Origin: Camelus dromedarius
Lineage: Eukaryota
Reading direction: 5' to 3'
Assembly (NCBI RefSeq): GCF_036321535.1
Contig: NC_087437.1
Span: 41,294,001 to 41,358,000, forward strand
Length of the DNA: 64,000 nucleotides
The notes beneath the pieces are model-generated. The model was given only the letters and a program-made list of their open reading frames with translations, did no database searches and was not told where the DNA came from. This document shows positions 25,102-37,962 of this stretch, in pieces. Position numbers and translations under genes: made by a program. Every line of letters starts with the position of its first letter. Position 1 is the first letter of the stretch.

Positions 25102-25465
25102 CGGTTCTCAAAGTGGTCTGGGGACAGCGGAGGGTCTCTGAGAACCTTTCAGGAGGGGTCCACGAAGTCAAAGGATCATTCCAGTAGTACTGTGCTGTAA
25201 CTGGCCTTCTTCATTCTCGTCCTCCATGTTTGTACGGTGGAGTTTTCCAGATGCTACATGCATCCAGATGACACCATCACTCTGTAGTTAATGAAATGGG
25301 TACTTTTATATTCTTGTACTTGAAAAAAGCCTCATCATATTTTATAAATTCCCATTTTTTGATAATACAATAAACTTTGATAAGCATAACCCACATAAAC
25401 AAAAGCTTTTTGGAGTCTGCGGTAACTTTAAAGAACGTAAAAGGACTCTGAAACCAAAATTTTAT
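25102..25465. mobile_element. hAT-Charlie DNA transposon derivative
   Basis: 'ggttctcaaagtggtctgggga...gaacctttcaggaggggtccacgaagtcaaa...gtggagttttccagatgctacatg...ataacccacataaacaaaagcttttt'. Confidence 0.82.
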
Positions 25466-26284
25466 AAGGGGTTAAGAGTCTTATTAAGAGAGCCTTTTCA
25501 TTCAGAATCTAAATAAGTAATAACTTTGTAACATGGTGTCACACAAGCAGCTGGGTGTTTAAAAATAAAAAATGTAAACATCCTTAAATTTTTCCTTTAA
25601 GTGGTAGAATTCTAGTCATCTCCAGCTCTTACCGGTGGTCGGGCTTTTTCCTTGCCCGGAATTGTGTTTGCTGATTCTCCTCTTGGGGAGAAGGCATTCA
25701 TCTAATTCTCTACCCACTGTTCTTCCATTCTGTTTCTGCATATAAATCCTTTTCTGAAATCCTATCAACACAGTCTCTCAATGAGACACTTAACCACATA
25801 CCTCCTTGCCAATTACTTAACTTCTTCCCTTTGTAATGATTACCTTTACTTCTTTACCCATTTTTAATTACTATTTACAACTTATCTGCTCTTTTTAAAC
25901 TGTGAAGTGATCTATCACCAAAGATACACACTACTGTCTCTCCTGTAATGGCTTTCCCATAGCTTGCTGCCTGGCAAACTAAAAGGTTCCCATGCCCAGC
26001 CCTGTGCTGGGTCTGGTCTGTGTCTTCTCCCTCGACAGGCAGTGCTTCAGGGCTTGGTGGAATACAGCCTTCATTGACCTGTAGTTTTTGCTTATAGGGT
26101 TTCAACCCACCACAATTGTGAGATTTATAGTTGTTTTCCTTCCCTTATTACCAGCACAGAAAATAAGTTTGATGGCTGAATCAATCAATAAATATAGGAC
26201 TATAAATTTAGAAATTAAAAATTTGAGAGAGAGAAAAAAAGGGAAGCAAATGAGCAAGATAGCAAAGCTACAATTCCTACTTAC

Positions 26285-26307
26285 AGTGCATTAAATCTGC
26301 TTCTGAC
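26285..26307 (-). other. Candidate 23-nt microexon
   Basis: tcttttttctctcttcgccttcaagcag|GTCAGAAGCAGATTTAATGCACT|gtaagt: long pyrimidine tract, NAGNAG acceptor and consensus donor. Confidence 0.55.
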
Positions 26308-27429
26308 CTGCTTGAAGGCGAAGAGAGAAAAAAGATTGGGGTTTGATGTCACCACTCCCCACCTACGAGAATAGGTGCTTAATAAATATTCCTCGTAAAC
26401 TAATGCTTCTCCTCAGGGGACAAAGTTCGAGTTTTCCATTCAACAATACACTGAGTCTCACTAAAGACGTTCCTCACGGCAGGTGAGACTTCTTCTGAAG
26501 GAACCTCCATCACCCATTCCTAAAGACAGAATCGAATTGGACTTTCCATATCACAAACTCTGTTTTTCCCTTCAGGATGAGTTTAACGATACAAATAAAG
26601 TTACTTCACCAGGGGAAATGAGAGTTACTTAAGGGAACTCAGGTTACTGAGAGGAAATGCTTTAAGCTTAGAAGAGTGACATAAATAGCCAGGATTAAAA
26701 GTAAGGGATTTCACTTAATTTCTTTTACTTTTTTGTGTGAATTTTTTCTCAATTCCTTTTCCTGTTCTACACTATTATTAAGCAATCTCTGGTTACATAT
26801 TAATATTTAATATACAAAGCCTGTCTTTTCAAGCATTATAATACAAAATTTACTAGTTCCTCATTTTATACGTTGATAAGCAGAGAAAAAAATGCTGATG
26901 CCGACCTTCAGAATGACTGCCACAGACAAAGAGCAAAAATATCTACTTCTTTATTTTCTTCCAGGACTATATCAGGCACTTATGGAACACGTATTCTACC
27001 CAGTATCATCCAACTATCATGAACTGTTTCCTTAAATGTGTATATTTTTTCAACTCAAAGTGACCCCAAACCCTAATATCCACTCACCACTCATTAAAAT
27101 TTGGGAAGGGGGGGCCGTGATGAGAATGTAATGGAGGGATACATGGCAAGCTTTATTCACAAATTGAAAAGCATGTTCTGACAGTAAAGCAGAGAAAATT
27201 TTTTCAATTCAGTGACTTTCTCACCCAAATCTCTGTAATATGAGGGAAGGAAAACTCATATCATAAAATATAATCAGAAGCTTTTCTGCCAATTGACATT
27301 ATACAAATAGTTTTGTGCAAGGTGTTTATGTGGCATTTTATCATCATTCACTGCCTCGAAGATAAACTGTATTCCTTTTGCACACTTCCCAGAATCCTCT
27401 GGAAAAAAACAGAAGAAACAAATTCCCTA

Positions 27430-27640
27430 GTAAGCACCTACTATGTGCCACATATATTTTTATTTCAGCTCCCTACCTAACCATCTGGGAGGTATGCCTC
27501 ACCATCTGTGGTCCATAGATGCTCATAATAGTTCGATAACATGCTCAAGATCACCCAGAGAAGTAAAGGCAAACTAGCATTCAATTCCAGTTCCATCTGA
27601 TTCCAACACTTCTGCTGGTTCCCCTATACTAGGCTGCCTC
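27430..27640 (-). mobile_element. MIR SINE (degenerate)
   Basis: 'taagcacctactatgtgcca...ataacatgctcaagatcacccag...gcattcaattccagttccatctgattccaa'. Confidence 0.75.
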
Positions 27641-27704
27641 CTGGAAGCAATCTCTTAATATCAAGAATCTTCTCAATGCCAACTAAAAATTATCACTTGC
27701 CATC

Positions 27705-28148
27705 TGGTTCTACAAGAATGAAGTCACTAGCCACTTCAGTCGCTGACCTTCAACAGCCCCTGAAAAGAGTTCAGGGCTGAGATCAGGAATGAGGCACTCT
27801 GTATTCTGGGAAAAACTGGCAGAACAGGCCTGCAGATAGTTAGACAGTTTCAGGAGAAGATTTTGTGAGCCCAGTTCCTTGCATCTTCTCATATCTAGAA
27901 AAGCCCTAAAATCATTAACAGAGACATCTGCTCCTCGTGATTGGCAGCAAGCCTCTGCCAAAATGTGTCTTGACTGCTCGTAACCCCCTTCACCAAAATC
28001 ACATGCAATACTGACCTTCCCCCTCACCTCTCGGAAGCAGTTCCTCAGAGCTATCTGAGAGGCTGTCCCCAGGGGCTATAATCCTCATTTTGCCCCAAAT
28101 ACAACTTAACTCACAGCTCTCAAGTTGCGCATTTTTTTTGAGTCGACA
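27705..28148 (+). mobile_element. ERV1-class (MER4-group-like) solo LTR
   Basis: TG start and 'ttttttttgagtcgaCA' end. Flanks are CCATC (27700-27704) and CCAAC (28149-28153). Confidence 0.88.
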
Positions 28149-29819
28149 CCAACAACCAAACCTGTCACTTGACCCCAGCTGACCCAGAAATAGTGCTTGT
28201 AAAGGTTCTCCAAACATCCTTCCCCTGGCTTCCCCCCTCCAACCCCCGTGATTTTAACAAGTTATGTTAAGTACAACAAGATAACAGATATCTTTTCTTT
28301 ACAAAGAAATTTTGAAAACAAAACTCATCATTTATATTTTGTTGTAATTTAGATAAGCAAAAGCTTAGCCACCTCGATTTTTATAGCTGGGTGGGAAGAG
28401 GCAGGAAGGATTTCAGCAAATAACATACATGCAAGGCCAGGAAGTGCCAAAGCCCCCAAGAGTGCGTGTGACTTTCCGATGGCGAGGGATGGTGCCCACG
28501 CACCGTGGGCAGGGTGTCTCCGGGGGTCCAGCCCTTCCTCAGGAAGCTACCTGCCCACCACCACCCACTGGGCCGTGGGGAGAGGAAGAGGTGGGGGAGA
28601 CATTTTAGCATTGATCTACACCTCTCAGCTGTCCCTAAGGACCACTCCAGATCCAAAAAGGCCTGATAATGCTTGGCATATCTGATTTTTAAAATGTGTG
28701 CATAATTATATATGTTCTATGTTTTAAATATGCGTTTAAAAAAGATTAGAAGGAAACACATCAAAAGGGTAATAAAAGCTTATACCTGAATAGTGGGACT
28801 ACCAGTTGGGAGTTCCTTCCAGATTTTGTTTCTTCCAAAATTATCAGAAAATGTTATTTTTATAATAAGATCTATGTAACTAGATGTAGTATGTAGCATT
28901 TTAAATATTCCCATTTTCAAATTAAAAAAAAAGTTGGAACCAGAGAGTGGTAGCTTGACTATCCAGAACAGCCACTCTGTGATGGGTCCCAGAAAGCTGA
29001 AGCTATTCAGAGGATTTAACTGCTACAGACACAAAACACCTGGGACGTGTTTGCCCAAATTGCCCTGTTCTTGGCGGGTATCCAGTGGGTCAGAAGATCT
29101 CCTTAACTGAATGCTTTCAACTGTTTGTGCCAGGACTCTTCTTTTAACTGGGATCTCCTTTCTGTTTCATTGTCAATTTTCAAATTTCTAAAATGTATCC
29201 AGTAAACCTATGAGTTTCCTTCGTATATGGTGTTGAAACTTAAGAAACTGTCCCACTTTTTTTCAGCAGGAATGGCACAATGCCCAGTTCATTATTTCTT
29301 TAGCATCACCTGTGTGTCTCTGCTACACTCACTACTCTGGCTTTCACGAGATTCATATTCCTGAATTCTGGTTTATGGCCGTAGCCCAGCAGCTCCCACA
29401 GGGGGCACTTCCTTGAGTATTCATGGCAGTTACTAATGTTTAAAGATAAGAAGACTGCACCACGGGTGCTATTAAATGTACTTCTGACCTTCAAGATCTG
29501 TGTGTGCTTAACTTCTCCATGTGGATCCCGAATGCTCCCAGCATGCTGCTGCGAATACAAGATTACATTCCCAGGTAAATCACTTTGCAATCATGGAGAC
29601 AGTGTTTTGAAAATGAAGGAAGTAAGAATACAAATGTTTAGAAATGACTCAAGAGATTTTTACCAGCAGGTAGTTTATAAATTCAAAGCCAGGAATATTG
29701 CTTCTAAGGATTCCAGGTTGTCTAATTTTGAAAAAATTTATCTTTGTCATAATTGGTGGTACTATTTGTCAACTTTAAGTTACAAAAAAACCCCAAAAGT
29801 TAGAATTCCATAAAGCTAA

Positions 29820-29990
29820 AAATCACAGAACAGTAGAACTGGAAAGGGATTTAGAGATCCTCAACTTCATCTTGCTTGTTTTAAAGATTAGGAAAATTGT
29901 GGATGTGAGAGATGAGGTGACTTGATAGAGGACACATAGACCGAGTGGCAGAGAGGGTCCCAGAAACAGCTTACTCCTGTTTTCCTTACC
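29820..29990 (-). mobile_element. MIR/MIR3 SINE
   Basis: 'aatcacagaacagtagaactggaaagggatttagagatc...ttttaaagattaggaaaattg...gaggtgacttg'. Confidence 0.75.
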
Positions 29991-32021
29991 TACCAATCCT
30001 AGAAAATAAAATCTGTTAATTGCTCCTTTTGTCGTTGGATGGATATAGCCATAAAGAGAGTATTCTTGTGCATAAAAATAATTTCAATGGTGTGAAGTTC
30101 ACTAATAATAATAATAATAAAAGGTTAATGTATTGTGAAATAATAAACATATAGCCATGTTTCCTCAAAGGAGGGTTCTGGCTTTGAAGAGAAGTGGGAA
30201 AAACATGGTCTCAACATTTAAACAATGAAGAAAAACACATAGAGAGCAGATCTATCACCCTGAGAGCTGCAATCCCACCATCCTAATCTTGAGAATAAAC
30301 ACGATAAGAAATTCTCTCTGAAAATGCATTCCCTCCGATAAATCATTTACTGTACACAACTGACTGCTCAAAGACTATTATTTTCTGTTGGTGCTGTACC
30401 ATGATCTGCACCACAATTCCGGGAACTGGTCTTCATTAGATATACGCACCATAATCTGACCCAAGGGAGGCTATAAAGAGAGTGCTGGGGTGGGAGCGGG
30501 GTACATGGAGGAAGACACGGCTGCAGGCTGACTTAAACATTCCTATCCTGAGTGTTTTAGGTGCTGCATAAATGCTGAGTGCTTTGCGCCATATAACAGG
30601 CTGTTCATAAACACAGATACATAGGTGAAAAGTACAGAACACGAGGAAAACAGGCCACACTCTCCGGAGGTTGAGGGATTGCTGTGTCTCTGTTGCTGTT
30701 GTCATCTGACAACCCCATCCCTTAACACAGTTTGTAGACATCAGGCATCAGATTTCTAGATTAGCCGACTCTCCCCTTCAGCCTTATCCCTCTGTGCTAA
30801 GAGCCACAATGGTTGACATGGCCTGCCACATCTGGCTGTGACCCTGAGACCTTTGGCTGGCACCTCTGAGCAGTGGCCTCAAGAGGAGAGCCTGTGAATA
30901 TATCTGACTCAACTCTTCATGGACAACAAGACCAGGAGATCCATGTAGAGCTAAAGACTGTCCTGAAAGTTCTCCAAGCTGGCACTGCCATCCTGCTCCT
31001 GCCCCTCTGTGACTTGCTTAGGGACTCACTGCAGAGTTTCATGGTTCTGGTCTTAGACATAGAAAATGGGAAACGCTAACCGGGAATTCCCAGCCTTAGT
31101 TAGCTCTAGGAATTTCATTCATTCATTTACTCATTTATTTAATCACTCATTCAAGAGATGGTTCCTGCATGCCCATTGGGAGGGTTTGGTTGACAAAACG
31201 TCACAGAATAAAGTGAAACGCAGATTTGTGAGAATTGAGGAGGTCCTGGAAGCTCTACAGAGTTGGCATCGTGATGGATTAAGAGTGAGAAGGCAGGAGT
31301 TGACAGGCCTCCAGGCAGAAGAAGGGGGCTAGCACCTCAGAGTAATAAACATCTAATTAGCATAGCTCTCCTTGTCAAGGCACACAGCAGTCCTTTCATT
31401 GCTTTTCCTTCACAAACAAACAAAGGAAAAAAAGTAAAACGTCAAGAATCCCTGAGCACTAGGGAACACAAGCAACAACTGTAAAATGCTCTGAAAATAT
31501 AAAATAGAACATAAATTCTAACAACCATTAACAACAACCAAAAACAAAAAAGTATAATTGCTGCTTTATCTGAAAGTAAGCCATTCAACTAGAGGGCCAA
31601 ACACAAACTGCCTGAGGAAGCAGAGGCCGGAGACACAAGAAGTAAGATTCTACGCTGGAGGGAGAAGGAGAAGAGTTACTATTTCAACATTTAGTGATTT
31701 TAGCTTTTTTAAAACGCCCTCACTAGCCACAGTGATAAAAAACAGAGCTTTATTTCTAATGACAGAGCCCTGAGGGCAATTAAGTAATTCGGTTCAGTCT
31801 CCTAAACAGATGATGATGTTGTTAACTGTGAATCCACATTTTTCACTCCTAGAAGAGAGGTGGAAGATAAAAAATATCCTGAACTCACCCTGGTCTTCTA
31901 GCATTGAAGAGTAAACACACAATACTCTATTTATTCACTCATTCATTCATCCACATTCATTCATTTACCCAAACTTTAGTGCACTGGGCACTAATTCATA
32001 TGAACTTCCCTCTAGGAGAGC

Positions 32022-32466
32022 ACAGTCATTTCCTAGGGGGCCATAACCCCCTATCTGGGTGGCCTAAAACAACAAAAATTTGTTTTCACAGTTGTGGAGG
32101 CTAGAAGTCCAAAATCCAGATGTCACCAGAGTTGGTTCCTTCTGGAGATTCTGAGGGAGAATCTGTTCCCTGACTCTCTTCCAGCTTTTGTTGGCTATGG
32201 CCACTTCTAGGCAGTTCCTTGGCTTGTAAACTCATCACTCCCATCTCTGCCTCTGCCTCCCATGGCTTTCTCCCCTATGCCTGTCTTTTCTCCTCTTCTT
32301 ACTGGACATCAGCCGTATTGGATTATGGCCCACCCTGATCAGGTATGACCTCAACTTAAATTGATTATATCTGCAAAGACCCTATTTCCTAATAAAGTCA
32401 TATTCAGAGGTACTAGGGGTTAGGACTTCCACATATTTTTTTGAGGGACACAAATTCATCACAACA
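32022..32466 (-). mobile_element. MaLR solo LTR, MLT1B/C-like
   Basis: 'tcacagttgtggaggctagaagtccaaaatc...tctgagggagaatctgttcc...ctgcaaagaccctatttcctaataaagtcatattcagaggtactaggggttaggacttc'. Confidence 0.93.
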
Positions 32467-32569
32467 GAGAGCATATACCCCACAACAGGGCCATAGCTGC
32501 TTTATCTGCCTTCTCCACACCAAGCAAGAGGCTATCCCTGACATTAAGGAAACTGTGGTATAGACAGAA

Positions 32570-33220
32570 AGATACACAAATCTCTCTACCTTCCTTGCTC
32601 TTATCACAGCTGCAGTTTTAACTCTGTGGGTTTCACTGTGTCTTCACTGCCCATCTCCACCTGAAGACTGTAAGCTCCCAGAGCACAGGCACCATGTCTG
32701 TTTTCTGCTCCCTATTAGACCCCCATCTCCTTGTGCAACGCCAGCAAGCTTTCAAGAAATAACTGTTGAAGGAATGGATGGATAAATGAATTCATTAATT
32801 AACTACAAGGAGGAGTAAGAGAAGCCTATGCAGGTAACAGTGATGCACACAAAAGGCCCACAATGAGGAACAGAGGGGAAGAAATAATTGATTCTGATTA
32901 GTAGGACTGTGGAAGTTTTCATGAAAGAGAAGGCATTGAACTCAGTCTTGTGGGATTAGGAAGACCTTATAAATGAATAAGGAGGAAAATTTATCCTCTA
33001 CTGACCAAACAGTATGAGCAAAGGCCCAGAGACATAAAGCGTGGTCTTTAGGGAAACAACTAATAGACCAGATAAAGGCAACCAAAAGGATGTGGAAATA
33101 TTTGGGATGAAAAGCAGATGAAAGGCAGCTGATAGAGGCCTCTGAGCACAGGCTATTCTGAGTGCAATAAGATGCCACTGATCTTCGTTGAGAAGGAAAA
33201 TGATGCAATTCTACCTGTGC
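32570..33220. mobile_element. L2 fragments (plus-strand 3' end to about 32790, then a minus-strand piece)
   Basis: 'gactgtaagctcccagagcacaggcaccatgtctgtttt...tgttgaaggaatggatggataaatgaa' and 'aaacagtatgagcaaaggcccagag'. Confidence 0.75.
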
Positions 33221-34537
33221 TTCAAAAGGAAAAAATACATAGAAATGATTCTTGCCTGTGTTCCTTCTTTATCCTCTTGCCTGATAGATCTTACATTACT
33301 ACAAGGAGTATTTTATATTTACCTGAGCATCTACTATGCACTTATTCACCTAAAGAACTAAGGGCTGCACGTATGTGATTACATTTCACAGTTATTAATT
33401 AATTATATCATGTATATCATATGCATTGTTCTATTATATAAATTACATAATTATATATCTTTTATAATTAAAAGATCCTATCTGAAAAGTACTTAAATAG
33501 GATGATGTCACAGAATCTTCTCAGAATAGTAACCTGGAATTTAAAGCCCAGGGAAAGACAGATTTTCTATCAAAGTAATAAGACCTTTCACCTGTAGCAA
33601 AGCAGTCCAACTTCTGAATCAAGACTGAGTTTTTCTGGTTTCCATTTGAGCTTGGCAAGCCCACAGACCAATAACATTCACATTGGAGGAGGAGTGGGGT
33701 TACCATCTGTTATTCTCTCCCTGAAGCACCAGGAACCCCACATCTTACCACTGACATCTGGAGAGCAGCCAGGCACCATTATGGTGGGACCTGAAGGAGA
33801 CACCCCAGTTATCTGTGGAGATCTGTTCAGTGGCTGAAACTCTGCCAAATGAAGAAAGATTTATTTATGGTCTTGATCCTCCATAGGTCTTTGGTAATAA
33901 CGCAAACATTATCGGAAAGAAGCATTCAGCCATCCACCTGTAAAGGGATTCACAATGTGGAACCATTAACCAAGAGAAACAGCTACCCAAAGAGAATCTG
34001 TCCCAACCAGCAAGTTCTGCTTAGGCAGATGGGGGACTGGGTGCGTGGAGAGGGCCTGAGTGAGCAGGATGAAGATGGCATGAAGTAGAAAGAAAACTCA
34101 CATCCTCACAAACCCTGGAAGGTAGGCCCCAGAATTGCTAAATTACAGTCATCTCTTTGTTACTTAGGCTACAAGACACCAGAAGGGTCAGGACTGTGTT
34201 CACCTGTCACGCTGGTATTCAAGTCCTAGCCCTGGGCCAAGCACACAGTTAGATGCCCAATTAATGTGAGCTGCCAGGCAGGCGGTGTCCCAACTCCACG
34301 GCACTCAGAGCGCATTTCTCCACCTTGAGCATATCCACCCCATACGTTAAAATTATGCCTATGAGTCTACTTCTCCCACCAGACAGTAACCTGCCAGATA
34401 CTTATTCCTAGTATATATAGTCTCCAGCATTCAGAAAGCATATAATTCTTGAGCATCAGAGGGTTTAAATAGCTAATTAACAAGAGGCTTAGGTTTGAGC
34501 TAGGTCTGTCTCCATCTAAAGCCTATGCTTATTCCAC

Positions 34538-34965
34538 AGGGGAAAGAGGGGATGGGATAAAGTAGGAGTTTGGATTAGCAGATACAAACTACTATACATA
34601 AAATAGATATACAATAAGTTTCTACCATATAGCATAGGGAACTATATCCAATATCTGTAGTAACCTATAATGAAAAAAAAAGTATGTACATGTATGACTG
34701 AAACACTATGCTGTATACACCAGAAATTGACACAACATTGTAAACTGGCTATATGTCAATAAAAATAAATAAATAAAATAAAATAAACAACAAGGTCGTA
34801 TTGTATAGCCCAGGGAACTACATTCAATATCTCGTAAAAATCTATAACGAAGAGTATGAAAAAGAATATATATATTTATTATGTATAACTAAATCACTAT
34901 GCTGTACACCAGAAACTAACATAACATTGTAAATCAACTGAACTTCAATTTAAAAAAATAAAAAA
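34538..34965 (+). mobile_element. Two nested cetartiodactyl-type L1 3' ends with outer TSD
   Basis: Two successive 3' UTR ends (tatagc..agggaacta...ctatgctgta(ta)caccagaaa...aacattgtaaa...polyA). Flanks are TAAAGCCTATGCTTATTCC (34517-34535) and TAAAACCTGTGCTTTTTCC (34966-34984). Confidence 0.92.
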
Positions 34966-35897
34966 TAAAACCTGTGCTTTTTCCTGCTACATGATTTGGC
35001 CTAAACCTGGACTTATGAAAGGATTAAAGTATCTTTGGAAACAGGTTAGTGATTGTACTCCAGTGTTGTAAAAAAATCTGTAAAATTATTTACTATAAGT
35101 ATTTCTATTATTTAATGTCTAGTCAAAATACAGGCATAGCATAATTTAAACACATGGAAAAACACATACATCTCAAACACTGAGTCCAAGTAATTATTTT
35201 CCAAAATACCAAGTTTTAGTTGCTAATGTTCCTAAATTTCTGTTTTAAAAGATTAAGTTTAGGTGGACATAGAAAGGTTTAGAGAAATCTAAAGCAAAAA
35301 AAATTTTAAGTCAGTAACTATTTTATGCATAATCTAGTTCTTATTAAGAAATATTGTAAATTTCCTATTCTAACCTATTCTCCTAAATCTTCTAGTCATG
35401 TTCTTACTCAAAGAAAGACAGAGAAGAATAACCCTTCAAAGCTAATTATTTTTAAATTGTAGTTTCTCACATAGCCTAGGGACTTTTTATCCTTTTGCCA
35501 AAAGACCAAAAATATTTTAACTGAAAAAAGCAACTTCTAAAATGCTCTAGGCTTCTTTTATAAACTCTTAAATTAAGAAATCTTAGTTTAAGCATTTACA
35601 CAATGTATTTCATTCTAATGGACTCCAAAAATTAACATTGTACTTTAGAAAACGTTACCACTGTTGGGCAAGAATTCTCTACAGTTGATTGCTAATCAGA
35701 CTTCAGGAAAAAATTAGCATGAAGACATGTTAAAATGATAGATAGGGCTTTTTTTCCCATTATTGATAAATTAACAAATCTAACAATTATGGTTTATAAA
35801 ACACATTTTTTACCATCCTTTCTTGGAATTGTTTAAAAAAAAAACAAAAGCTTTGGGAAGGTTTTAGGAAAGAGTTTCAAGATAAGCTACTCAGTGA

Positions 35898-35945
35898 AGT
35901 TGGTTGGTTGGCTGGTTTGTTGGCTAGTTAGTTGGTTGACTAGGT
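35898..35945. repeat. Degenerate (GTTG)n tetranucleotide repeat
   Basis: gttggttggttggctggtttgttggctagttagttggttgactagg. Confidence 0.8.
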
Positions 35946-37937
35946 AATTGTTTGCTTGGATAAACAAATTTTAAACATTTATCTTGGATTCCTGAATCAA
36001 TAAAATGGATTTCTGAATAGTTGGTTAGAGAATTAAGTTTCTTAAAACTCCTTTATAGTCTTCAGTTTCTCAAGGCATTCAATGAAAAGCACTGGGACCT
36101 TCCTTAAAGTATCAGAAGTTAATAAGAAAAATGCCCTGAAAAGATCATTAAGAAATTCTCCAGAAGATTATAACCACCTTGTTGCATATCCCAAATACCC
36201 TAACAGATATTCAAACAATGCCTTCCAGAAGCATCCATTTGAGAAGGCAAGATGTCTTAAATACCTCCTTACAAGGAGGTGCAGTTTCTAAATACTGAAA
36301 TTTAAAACCTATATTCCTACCTAAACTTTCAGGGATCCTGAAATGTTTAAGAATACAATGACTCTGAAAGTGTCGGAAATGACAGCCAATGTGTGGCTAC
36401 TCACTAAGTACTTGATTGCCAGTGCCTGCAAAAAATCTCAGCCCCAGGGGAAGTTGACTTCCCTGGTATATTGGCTCTCTTATTACTAATCAAGTCAGAG
36501 GAAAGGAGGCGTTCTGTGAGCCTCCTGGCTTCTTCCACATTGCCCTGTTATAACCTGAGCAGCTCACTTGTTCTTTAATTAGCAGGCAGAGCTAATAGAA
36601 CAAAGATATTTTGATTTAAATTTTCTAGTTAAGTATCCATGACAACATTCTGATAGGTCTTATCTTTTGTCTATAGAGTGACCAATAAAATTATGTAAAC
36701 TGCTATTGGGGACTTTACTATAATGGCCCACAACTAATGTAACTGCTAGCTTTAAAGGTGCATTATTCTGCCATGTGTTCCCTTAATTTTTTTAAGAAAA
36801 TAAAGTAAATTTAGAACACATGGTTAGGAAACAAACAAAAAAGTCCACAAATAAAAGGTTAAATGCAGAAGATTAAAAAAAAAAACACAAAACTCAGTAA
36901 AATTATCTATGAAGGGAAACAAATTGATTTATCTACTCACTGTCAGTTTCCTAAAGTTGAAAATGTAACGTGGAAAGAGACGTGACTGAGTTTTATGATA
37001 TTTAAAAGGAAAAAATACGTCTGGTCTCAGCACTATCTGAAAGGGTAAAATCACTTCTTAATTCTTTGTTGCTCAAAGGTAAGAGTTTCTCATCATCAAG
37101 ATTTCCATCCCAAATATATGATTCATGAAAAATGAAGCAAACATATTTAATGCATATCTATTGGTTTTGATTCAAACAACAATCATAACACACTTGCTAG
37201 TGGTCTTCTAAGGAAATAATGCTAATCCCAAGTGGACATACTTCATGCAGAGTAATTTCACCTGGTCCTCATACTTTTTCTAAAGCTTTTGCAACCTTTG
37301 TCAATGACTTTTCAAAAGATAGGGCAAGCAAATCGCATTCTAAAGAGACTGTGTCAGAAAGGAAAAACATATTTGGTTATTAGTATTCCCACTCCTGCTG
37401 GCTTGCCTGAACAGGACTGGCTGTATTTCCTTATCCAAAATGGAGGACTGGTGGGACCCTGCAAATCACATGTCATACGCCACCACAGGCACCTTCACCA
37501 GGAAAGCAGGGTGGCAGATGCAAGACTAGATACCCGGAGGCTGTGACATCTGTAACGAGGATCATTGCAATGAAAAGTAGAAAAGAAAACAAAATAATAA
37601 TAACAATAATAACTGTTAAAACCCTATATATTAGTTAACTAGAAGGAGAGGGGAGAACAAACATTTCTTTAGCAACAGCTGTGCAGACTAATTTTTTTTA
37701 AATCATTCATATACTTTCAAAAACACTCATTCCCAACTGCTGCCTTCATACTGGCAAATCCAAGAAATTCAAGACATGTAAACAAGAATAGATTTGCCCT
37801 TAAATCCCAAGGTCAAAGGCAGCATCTGTTTTTTCAGAGAACAAGAAGGGCTTTCTTTTTGCTGGTTAGTTTGTTGTGGGTTTTTTTAAAACAGGAAAAA
37901 AAAAAGTAAACAAATTTTCTAAATGTTTCCTCATTAC

Positions 37938-37962
37938 CTTAGGAGGTGCAAAGTAGAAAAAC
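37938..37962 (-). other. Candidate 25-nt microexon
   Basis: tgtttattctctttttttttgcag|GTTTTTCTACTTTGCACCTCCTAAG|gtaatg: strong acceptor and AAG|GTAA donor, within several kb with no repeats I could recognise. Confidence 0.55.
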
